DNA from: Candidatus Woesebacteria bacterium RIFCSPLOWO2_01_FULL_44_24b
GTDB taxonomy: Bacteria > Patescibacteriota > Microgenomatia > UBA8517
Direction: 5' to 3'
DNA length: 64,000 bases
NCBI GenBank assembly: GCA_001793235.1
Contig: MGHM01000016.1
Coordinates: 746-64,745 of the forward strand
Numbering within the stretch: the stretch's first letter is position 1; each line of letters starts with the position of its first letter. The notes below the pieces were generated by a model. The model ran no database searches and was not told the origin of the DNA. It was given only the letters and a program-made list of their open reading frames with translations. Positions 56,570 to 64,000 of this stretch are shown one piece after another. Made by a program: the position numbers and the translations under genes.

Positions 56570-56639
56570 TGGGATAAGTATATACTAAAGGCGAAAAAAG
56601 CACCGCCCACTACGGCGAGTAGAAGAAGTATTAACGCAG

Positions 56640-58694
56640 CTAGAATTCTAAGCTTGATGTTTCCTCCCAAGTCAGTTCGTTAAGTACGACAATTTTGCTG
56701 TCCCCGACAACATACAAGAAGTCATTAATGTAAAGTGCGCGGCGGGCCGATATGCCAGTTACTACTCGCTCCAGGGTTAACCCATTGGTCCAGCTCAGGA
56801 TGTAGCCATTAGCACCGGCGGGCATGAAAAACACGCCGTGGTCGGGGTCTGCCAGAAACGCGTGATGGTTATTTTGGACCTCTGAGTAATATTCATTGAG
56901 CATGTATTTGTCTACTTCCACAGGATTATCCGGGTTTGAGACATCAAAAACGGAAAGCTTAGACTGGCTTCCTGCCTGCGCAGGCAGGCCCTCCTGGCCC
57001 ACGCCCAGGATTCTGTTTTCAGAAAGCGGATGCAGGTAACTTGAAAAGCCCGGGATTTTGAGCTCTCCGGCAACTCTTGGGCTTGAGGGATTCGATAAAT
57101 CAATTACAAAAAATGGATCAATTTGCTTAAATGTAACGAGGTACGCTTTATCTTCTATAAACCTCGCGGAATATATCCGCTCCCCCAAGGCAAGCCCTTG
57201 AATTTGGCCAATTACACGTAGATTAGCATCAAGAACGTAAAGATCGTTGGCGCTTTCTCCCTGGCCAAACATGGTGGAGGCTGAAAGCGTGGTTGTGACT
57301 CTTAAGTTTCCGCTCCATTCATCCAATGAAAACTGGTTTAAGGGGCTCCCGGGAACTTCGCCCGTAGCTGAAACATCAAGTGAGTTTTTATCAATTTTCA
57401 CGAGCGAAGTTACTTGCAGCTCTCGGCCGTGGGACTTTATGTAATCGCTCATTTTGTTGGTAAATTCGGACTCTACCCGAGCCCGCTCATCATTGGTGAG
57501 ACCGGACAAATGCTTTTGAATAATTATGCCGAGCTCATTAATTTTTGATTCATTACTTATGTCAATTGCGCGGAGATTTTCAACTTTGTTTGCGACCTCG
57601 TCGCTAAATAGATCGCGGTTTTCGGCTAGGAAATTTGCCAAAAACTCAAGCGGCGACGGGTAGCTTACAAAACTTGCATAAATTGCATTGGGGCTCATGT
57701 AAATAACACTACCACCGGCGTCCCCGAGGAATGTGACCGAGTCCTCAACGCTCCCGCTTTTGGGATCCAGTTTTACAACAGAATAAACAGTATTGGACGA
57801 GATGGGTCGCATTGGTCTGTAAATGTCCGTACAGGGAATGGTCATTGCGTTTACTCCTTTTAGCAAGGGAACCGGGCACGGCAGTGAATAGTCAGCGTAA
57901 CGGCTTGTTACCAAGTAAACTTTCCCGCCCGTGAGCCTGGCCGTGGCATAGCTGAAGTTTTCATCAAATTCGTGGCTCCAGATTTCTTTAGGGCTTGCGG
58001 GGTTTGCGACGTCAAACGCCGTCACTTTATTGTATGTCATAACCATGAGAACATTTTCAGACAGGAGCAAGTCTCCCGTTGTGTCAATTTTAGACGAGAG
58101 TGCAATACTTTCCGGTGGAAAGGCATTAATTACTTTGGTTGTCGACAAATTTTGCGGAGGATAAATGTCGGGTGCAATTCGCGCACTTGAGTCCTCCATT
58201 ATGAATGGCTCCACAGGCATTGGTCTTCCAACTCCACCGCCGGCCAAATAATAATTTTCAGAGGAAAAGAAAATATTTTTCCCGTCGGTTTTGACAATAT
58301 CCGGCTCATCCAAGCCTATGACTTGTACGTTGGTTTCAGACACCCGTTTAACATTATTTGCCCCCGTGCTTTCAAGAGAACTGAAAGCACTTGGTGCCGA
58401 TAGCGGCATTCCTACCATGTCACGAGAAAGCCCCGCTGAGAAACCTCCGAGTGAAGTGAGACCCGCGCTTTGTGCCTCTGTGAGGTAGTCGCGCAATTGA
58501 CTTTCTGAACTGAATTTTTCAAAACCTGCAGTTGAGGGACTGGTGAATAAATTAGCTCCCTGTTTATTCAAAAATAAGACGCCAAAAACACCAAGAATAA
58601 TAAAAACAACTGCAGAGATCGCCGTAAAAATCAAGGGTGCTTTTATTGGATGCAATTTAGGGCTTGTTGGCACTTGGGGTGCTGCATCGTCCAT
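56640..58694 (-). CDS. membrane-anchored beta-propeller domain protein (Beta_propel/PF09826-like)
   Basis: N-terminal TM. Repeated blade motifs including LSVFDVSNPDNPVEV and VIDLSNPSSPRVAG. 684 aa. Confidence 0.45.
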   Translation of the reverse strand: MDDAAPQVPTSPKLHPIKAPLIFTAISAVVFIILGVFGVLFLNKQGANLFTSPSTAGFEKFSSESQLRDYLTEAQSAGLTSLGGFSAGLSRDMVGMPLSAPSAFSSLESTGANNVKRVSETNVQVIGLDEPDIVKTDGKNIFFSSENYYLAGGGVGRPMPVEPFIMEDSSARIAPDIYPPQNLSTTKVINAFPPESIALSSKIDTTGDLLLSENVLMVMTYNKVTAFDVANPASPKEIWSHEFDENFSYATARLTGGKVYLVTSRYADYSLPCPVPLLKGVNAMTIPCTDIYRPMRPISSNTVYSVVKLDPKSGSVEDSVTFLGDAGGSVIYMSPNAIYASFVSYPSPLEFLANFLAENRDLFSDEVANKVENLRAIDISNESKINELGIIIQKHLSGLTNDERARVESEFTNKMSDYIKSHGRELQVTSLVKIDKNSLDVSATGEVPGSPLNQFSLDEWSGNLRVTTTLSASTMFGQGESANDLYVLDANLRVIGQIQGLALGERIYSARFIEDKAYLVTFKQIDPFFVIDLSNPSSPRVAGELKIPGFSSYLHPLSENRILGVGQEGLPAQAGSQSKLSVFDVSNPDNPVEVDKYMLNEYYSEVQNNHHAFLADPDHGVFFMPAGANGYILSWTNGLTLERVVTGISARRALYINDFLYVVGDSKIVVLNELTWEETSSLEF

Positions 58695-58706
58695 ACTTAA
58701 GTTATA

Positions 58707-60038
58707 CTAAATTTCGACCGTTTCTTCAAGATGCGGTAGAAAGACTTCACCCCTGCTGAATTTTTTAATTTCCCGTCTGAGAGCCTCGCGTGACGTGTTC
58801 TCCCCGTGGACCAGAAATATTTTATTGACTCCTTCAATTTCTTTGAGCCACCTGAGGAGAAGCTTTTTGTCCGCGTGTGCACTCATTGAGTGAATCATGA
58901 TAACTTGAGAGTTGACGGCAACTTCCTGGCCGTAAATTGCGACGCTTTTTGCGCCTTCCTCTATTTGGCGCCCGATGGTGTTTTCTGCCTGGAAGCCCAC
59001 AATAAGAAGGCTTGTGGTTGAAAGTGGCAAATAGTGAATTGCATGCTCGAGAATCCTTCCTCCGGTCATCATCCCGCTTCCGGCAATTATGACTTTGGCG
59101 CCTGCCTCGGTGTGAATTTTCTGACTTTCTTTATAATTGGCAACAATTCTAAGATCGGGAAATGAAAAAGGATCATGGCTTTTTGAGTCAGAAAAGAGCT
59201 CGGCATTGTATAAGCTTGGGAATTTTTTGTAGATTTCGGTGACTGCTTCGCCCATTGGACTGTCTAGGTAAACCGGTATCTCATGACTAATTTTTCCATC
59301 AGCTTTGAAGTGCGCAATTTTGTGAAGCAAGGCCTGTGTGCGCTCCACAGAAAACGAGGGAATCAAAAGCGCGCCTCCTGTGCCCTCAATTTTTTTTATT
59401 TCACCAATTATAACTTCGTTCGGGTCTTCGTCTGGATGATTCCGGTCGCCATAAGTGGACTCCATAATAACCGTGTCAGCCAGTTTGATATATTCGGTTG
59501 GTTTTACCAGCTCCTCCGGAGAGTTTCCTAAGTCTCCACTAAAAGCGAGTGTGTGCTCCCCTAAGTGTATTTCAATACTGGCTGAGCCTAAAATATGCCC
59601 GGCATCTCGGAATAATGCCGTGAACCCCCCCAGATTAATTTCCTCGCCATATGAAACTATTTTGGTGTGGGCGAGGAGACTAAACACGTCCTCCTCAGTG
59701 TATAAAATCGGTTTTTCATGCTCGGTTTGCATTATTTTAGCTGCGTCGAGAAGCGCTACTTCGGCAATTTCGCGAGTGGCGGCAGTCATGTAAACACTTC
59801 CGGCAAAGCCGTGCTTCATAAGGATAGGCATCCGGCCTACATGATCAAGGTGTGCATGAGTTAAAAATACTGTATTAATTTCGTTAGCTGCAAAAGTCAA
59901 TGGCTTCTGGTTTAGCTCTTCCAGCTCCCGGCTCCCCTGAAACATGCCCATGTCAATTAAAATTTTTTGATTATTGTTGGTAAGGAGAAACGAAGAACCG
60001 GTGACTGTCCCAGCTGCACCTAGAAATTGTATTTGCAT
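58707..60038 (-). CDS. beta-CASP family MBL-fold ribonuclease
   Basis: MQIQFLGAAGTVTGS start. HxHxDH (THAHLDHVGRMP). beta-CASP motifs. C-terminal RNA-metabolising MBL domain (HSMSAHAD). Confidence 0.8.
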   Translation of the reverse strand: MQIQFLGAAGTVTGSSFLLTNNNQKILIDMGMFQGSRELEELNQKPLTFAANEINTVFLTHAHLDHVGRMPILMKHGFAGSVYMTAATREIAEVALLDAAKIMQTEHEKPILYTEEDVFSLLAHTKIVSYGEEINLGGFTALFRDAGHILGSASIEIHLGEHTLAFSGDLGNSPEELVKPTEYIKLADTVIMESTYGDRNHPDEDPNEVIIGEIKKIEGTGGALLIPSFSVERTQALLHKIAHFKADGKISHEIPVYLDSPMGEAVTEIYKKFPSLYNAELFSDSKSHDPFSFPDLRIVANYKESQKIHTEAGAKVIIAGSGMMTGGRILEHAIHYLPLSTTSLLIVGFQAENTIGRQIEEGAKSVAIYGQEVAVNSQVIMIHSMSAHADKKLLLRWLKEIEGVNKIFLVHGENTSREALRREIKKFSRGEVFLPHLEETVEI

Positions 60039-60089
60039 AAACTATGCCAGTGTAGCATAGGCATAGCTTGTGACAAACGTTGTTTATCA

Positions 60090-61169
60090 TTAAATTCCAC
60101 TTTGAAAAACCCGCTCGTGGGCCCGTTCCATTTGATACATGGCCACGATAAATAAACTTTCGCTCCAGCCTAAAGGCGTGTTTTCGTTGTATTTTGGTGA
60201 GTTTGAAAAATAAAGCTCGGGAAGCCCGTCCGGCGTGTCTACCCCAATTAAATCTTCGATAAGTTCGTGTGCTTTATTGTGATTGCCAAGCTCTTTATAA
60301 ATAATGGCCAGCCATGCTAGGCCGAAAGTCCACTCGGCTTCCTCGGAGACGCCGTCCGGATTTTTGTTGTAGTAATGATCCCCCTTGTAGCGAATGACTC
60401 CACGGTCTCGTTTCAGGTGATACTCAACGTTGCCCAAAATTTCGTCTCTTTGCTCCTCATTGACTACTGCATATGGCCATATTAAAGAAAGAAGTGAGAG
60501 GTCGACAAATTTGTGCTCGCTCTCGCGGGGCAAAAGCGCATTGAGACTTCTCTGTCCCCGGCGAACGAGCTGATATGGCACTTCCACCCAAGGCAGACGC
60601 ATAACCGAGCGAAGCCCGGCAACACATGCTCCAACTGAGCTGGCGTGGAGTTCCTCGTCTTCCTCCCACATACCGGAGTCCGGGTCATGCCAATATTCAA
60701 TTGACTCCAAATATTTAACAAGTTTGTTAATAATGCGTTCGTGCTCATGTGTCTTGATTATGGCTCGTTTATGGCGAATTTCCAGCTCGCCCAAACGAAA
60801 GAGTATACATCCCACTGCGTCATTTTGCTTGTTGCCCCACTCTTCCCAAAACTCACCAAAAGTATCTGGGTGGAAGCGCGCGTGAATGTATTCATAGCTG
60901 TGGGTGGGTTTGTGTTTTATGGCTGTGTCAATCTTTGCCTCGTGTTTTAAAAAGATGGCTAAAATTGATCTGTAGGTGCGCTCCACGGTGTCCCAGTCGC
61001 CTATTACTTCAAATGCTAGGGTTTCATAAAAATTATCTCTGAGCCAGCTTTTGTCATAACCCGTGGAGACATCTGCTTTTGAGGCTAAGAACAGGCCCCT
61101 TTCAGTCTGAAGGGATTTGAGAATTTGCAAGTGTTTGGCAATGAGCTCCTCGTAAAAAACTCTGGGCAT
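60090..61169 (-). CDS. glycoside hydrolase family 15-like (alpha/alpha)6-barrel protein
   Basis: KSWLRDN, GMWEE and EWTFGLAW motifs shared with glucoamylase/GH15-like proteins. Shorter than canonical enzymes. Confidence 0.45.
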   Translation of the reverse strand: MPRVFYEELIAKHLQILKSLQTERGLFLASKADVSTGYDKSWLRDNFYETLAFEVIGDWDTVERTYRSILAIFLKHEAKIDTAIKHKPTHSYEYIHARFHPDTFGEFWEEWGNKQNDAVGCILFRLGELEIRHKRAIIKTHEHERIINKLVKYLESIEYWHDPDSGMWEEDEELHASSVGACVAGLRSVMRLPWVEVPYQLVRRGQRSLNALLPRESEHKFVDLSLLSLIWPYAVVNEEQRDEILGNVEYHLKRDRGVIRYKGDHYYNKNPDGVSEEAEWTFGLAWLAIIYKELGNHNKAHELIEDLIGVDTPDGLPELYFSNSPKYNENTPLGWSESLFIVAMYQMERAHERVFQSGI

Positions 61170-61191
61170 TACTTTAGATTAGCACGAAAAA

Positions 61192-61866
61192 CTAGTTTAG
61201 TGCCAAGCTGGCAAAAGCTTTCTGGGAGCAGACCGGCCAGGCTCCATAACCATCCCGACCCATTTTAAAGGCCGCTGTTTTTATGGCCTCTTCGAGGTTA
61301 TACATCAAAGCCGGGTCATCGTCCAAGCCCATTTCCCGCCTGTTTGATTGCCAGGTGGAAGTTACGAACTGATATATGCCCTTATAAGCACCCGACGGGC
61401 TTGTGGCGTTGGCCTGAAAGCCGCTTTCACAACGCGCAATTGCAATCATGACGTTGGCATTGGCACCGTACTCGGCCGCATATTTTTGGATTAAACCAAC
61501 AACATCCTGGCTGGCTTGAGCAGATTTTACCTCAACTACCGGTGGGAGGGTGTTATTGATTGTGTCTATAAATATTTCTTCCTTTTTGACCTCAGTTTGG
61601 CTTGCCACTCTTGGCTTTCTAGCCTCAACAGCTGAGGCAAGCTTTACAGGCTCACTGGACTTAGCTTGGGTTTGGTATGAAAAAAGCTCTTTTGAGCTCG
61701 GGTCGGTAACTCTAGTGGAAATCTGAACTTGATTTGACCCGCCCGCCGGCGAGGCAGGGGCTAAACCGAGCTCGGTTTTTTGCACAAGAAGTGAGGCTGT
61801 TGAAACTAATAAAACAGCCAAAAGAACCGGGACTGTGATGAACTTTTGTAACATATTTTCCCGCAA
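61192..61866 (-). CDS. secreted Rpf-like transglycosylase domain protein
   Basis: Signal peptide. C-terminal IARCESGFQANATSPSGAYKGIYQFVTSTWQS matches the transglycosylase-like (Rpf) catalytic motif with Glu. Confidence 0.65.
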   Translation of the reverse strand: MRENMLQKFITVPVLLAVLLVSTASLLVQKTELGLAPASPAGGSNQVQISTRVTDPSSKELFSYQTQAKSSEPVKLASAVEARKPRVASQTEVKKEEIFIDTINNTLPPVVEVKSAQASQDVVGLIQKYAAEYGANANVMIAIARCESGFQANATSPSGAYKGIYQFVTSTWQSNRREMGLDDDPALMYNLEEAIKTAAFKMGRDGYGAWPVCSQKAFASLALN

Positions 61867-61904
61867 ATGCGGGATAATTAAGTTATCGGAAGTAGTATAC
61901 TAAG

Positions 61905-62687
61905 TTATTGGGAAATTGCAAGTTTTTCGCCTCTTAGAAACTCCAATATGCCCTCTGAAATTGCCCGGGCCGGGATCTCGGGAGTGTTTATCAAAAGCTT
62001 TTGATCGCCTCTGTTTGTGAGAAAGCCCGTTTCGGCGATAACCGACGTGGTCATGGGGTGAACAGAGTGCTCGTATCGCCACCACGAGAATGCATAGTAG
62101 CCGCGCATATTGCGGCTGATGTTTTCGTCTTTAGCGAGCCCCGTCGCCTCTTCATAGTGCTTTTCCAATATTGAAACTAAATCTGCTGATTTTTTGGAAT
62201 AATCCCGCCAGGGTCCCGCGAATTTATAACCTGATTTCCCGCGGTCTTCGCTGCCATCGGCGTGGATTGATATAAACACATCTGCCCAATATTTCGGTGG
62301 TATGGTCGTGGGTAACATATCAACTATGATATTCTCCTCTCTTAGTTTTTGCGCGATTGCCGTGGCAATCGCGAAGTTAACCTCCCACTCCCACTTTCCT
62401 CCACCCTCGGCACCGGAGTTGTTTTTGAGGCGTTCAAGTTCCTCAGGGACTTCGTCGTTTTTGTAGTGACCAATTTGAATGCCGACACTGGCCGGGCCAT
62501 CAGGCCGTGTCCAGTTATTAATAATTGAAAAAGGGTCTGTGGCAGGGACTTCCGATTCACCTTCCCCATAAGGGGGAGCTCCACTGGTTCCGTTTATATT
62601 GCCGTTATTGGTGCTTTTTAGACTGAAGATTAGAGCGCTAAAAATAATTAAAGTAACCAGGGCAAGTTTTTTCAACACAACACTCAA
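61905..62687 (-). CDS. N-acetylmuramoyl-L-alanine amidase (Amidase_3 family)
   Basis: N-terminal TM/signal. Zn-ligand motifs ISIHADGS and ETGFLTN. Confidence 0.75.
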   Translation of the reverse strand: MSVVLKKLALVTLIIFSALIFSLKSTNNGNINGTSGAPPYGEGESEVPATDPFSIINNWTRPDGPASVGIQIGHYKNDEVPEELERLKNNSGAEGGGKWEWEVNFAIATAIAQKLREENIIVDMLPTTIPPKYWADVFISIHADGSEDRGKSGYKFAGPWRDYSKKSADLVSILEKHYEEATGLAKDENISRNMRGYYAFSWWRYEHSVHPMTTSVIAETGFLTNRGDQKLLINTPEIPARAISEGILEFLRGEKLAISQ

Positions 62688-62694
62688 TTATACA

Positions 62695-63345
62695 TTAGCA
62701 GCCAAGGGCTTGGCGGCATTGAGTGGAGGCGTCGCCGGGAAGGCTATCGCAGGCCCCGCATTGAATGGCTCTTGTGTCTGAATCCCCCTCAGTTGTGTCA
62801 CCTTCGATCACATTCCCTGCTCCCTGCACCATCGCTCCAAAGTCATTAAATTCTATATTAGGCAAATCAAATACGGAATTATCCACTGCCCATGGGCTGC
62901 ATTCAAAGTCCATTGATTGATCAAGGTCTACGGACTTTTGTCCGTCTTCTCCAAAATCAGTGAACTTTTCTATATCTGCCAGGGAAACTTTAAATCCGTC
63001 TGGCGCTTCGTCAAACCACATGTAAATATTTGCACTATCCGAAACCATGTGTGTACCGGTTTCTATTTCCGATACACTGGTAAAGTCGCCTCTCATTTTG
63101 CCGCCACCTACGTAAATTGTACCAGAGCTATCGTCTTCATCAGAAAAAGTACACATCTGGTTCGCGGTCACTTGCATGAGTTCTCGCAAAGAAGCGGGAG
63201 TATTCTCTTGGGTAAGCTCATCTATCATAGCCCCGGACGGGCTTGGAGGACTTGAGGTTTCCGGCCTATTCATCAGTGCGTAGCCGACCGCTGCCAAAGC
63301 AACTATAATAACTGCAGCCAGCCCGAGAAGAACTCCTTTGTTCAT
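62695..63345 (-). CDS. secreted hypothetical protein with Cys-rich C-terminus
   Basis: Signal/TM MNKGVLLGLAAVIIVALAAV. C-terminal CGACDSLPGDASTQCRQALGC. Start chosen at the internal Met to avoid overlap with the divergent gene. Confidence 0.35.
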   Translation of the reverse strand: MNKGVLLGLAAVIIVALAAVGYALMNRPETSSPPSPSGAMIDELTQENTPASLRELMQVTANQMCTFSDEDDSSGTIYVGGGKMRGDFTSVSEIETGTHMVSDSANIYMWFDEAPDGFKVSLADIEKFTDFGEDGQKSVDLDQSMDFECSPWAVDNSVFDLPNIEFNDFGAMVQGAGNVIEGDTTEGDSDTRAIQCGACDSLPGDASTQCRQALGC

Positions 63346-63373
63346 GGGTTTTATGCTACCATGAAGGAGCCCC

Positions 63374-64000
63374 ATGGACAAGAGCAAAAAAAAGATAAAT
63401 CTGCCTTCGTACAAAATACCTAAAAAACCACTCACGATTGACGAGATTCATGCTGAGAGTTGCAAGCTCCCCGAGCCCGACGGGCGGCTTAACAGAATTA
63501 ATGAGGAGTTTCGCCGTGGCTTGGCATTTGTGAAACAGTATCCCCGCTCGGTCACTTTTTACGGCTCGGCTAGATTTCCCGAGGACCACCCGCTTTATAA
63601 AAAGGCCAGAGAGTTGGCCTATAGGATCTCAAAGGAGCTCGGGTATGCAATAATCACCGGCGGCGGCCCGGGTATTATGGAGGCGGCGAATCGCGGGGCG
63701 TTCGAGGCGGAAGGAGTATCCTTGGGGCTTAATATTGAGCTTCCGAGTGAGCAGAGGACAAACCCGTATGTTAAAGACTCTGTGGAATTTTATTATTTCT
63801 TTTCAAGAAAAGTAGCGTTGAGTTTTTCGGCTAACGCATATGTTTTCTTCCCCGGAGGTTACGGGACAATAGATGAGTTCTCGGAAATTTTAGAATTGGT
63901 TCAAACCAAAAAAATACCGGAAGTACCGATTATGTTGGTTGGTTCTGAGTTTTGGAGGCCACTTGATATGTATTATAAAAATACTCTTTATCAGGAATAT
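63374..64000 (+). CDS. LOG-family (TIGR00730) Rossmann-fold protein, 3' partial at window edge
   Basis: VTFYGSARF ... ITGGGPGIMEAANRGA ... FFPGGYGTIDEFSEILELVQT ... signature. The ORF is open to the end of the window. Confidence 0.75.
   Translation, partial: MDKSKKKINLPSYKIPKKPLTIDEIHAESCKLPEPDGRLNRINEEFRRGLAFVKQYPRSVTFYGSARFPEDHPLYKKARELAYRISKELGYAIITGGGPGIMEAANRGAFEAEGVSLGLNIELPSEQRTNPYVKDSVEFYYFFSRKVALSFSANAYVFFPGGYGTIDEFSEILELVQTKKIPEVPIMLVGSEFWRPLDMYYKNTLYQEY

Overview
This is a 64-kb, densely coded window of a small-genome bacterium. The gene content (many receiver-only response regulators, a type IV pilus cluster, compact operons and numerous short membrane proteins) fits a Candidate Phyla Radiation/Patescibacteria-like organism, but that placement is inference only. 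There is no CRISPR array, no transposase and no rRNA. I can support about 80 CDS plus one tRNA-Leu(CAA). The standout is a complete intein, carrying a LAGLIDADG homing-endonuclease domain, inserted exactly at the catalytic HxxRH box of a XerC/XerD-family tyrosine recombinase (48477..50648). The extein closes to about 304 aa. A 0.7-kb AT-rich non-coding region with palindromes lies upstream of this gene. Other points worth following up: (1) a SAM-I (S-box) riboswitch with promoter and intrinsic terminator upstream of a Zn-ribbon-gene/metK/Zn-ribbon-gene operon; (2) a signalling island of three output-less PAS proteins sharing a conserved C-terminal coiled-coil motif, followed by a PAS-PAS histidine kinase and two receiver-only regulators; (3) an EVE/PUA-like domain fused to a nuclease-like domain, a candidate modification-dependent type IV restriction enzyme, with an acidic partner gene; (4) a retropepsin-like aspartic protease gene bracketed by 30-bp direct repeats that duplicate the 3' end of htrA; (5) an RF1 lacking N-terminal domain 1, translationally coupled to an L31 gene with a lysine-rich extension; (6) a putative leader or sRNA with two SD-sequestering hairpins and a terminator; (7) an orphan Cas4-like Fe-S nuclease next to a lamin-tail-domain protein with PT repeats; (8) a type IV pilus cluster containing a 609-aa pilin/beta-propeller fusion. 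Housekeeping genes recognised: msrB, metK, ychF-rpsF-ssb-rpsR, ctp, htrA, dnaB, efp, gyrA, plus YebC, DksA/TraR, RluA and a beta-CASP RNase. Coordinates of RNA elements and hairpins were counted by hand and may be off by 1-2 nt.
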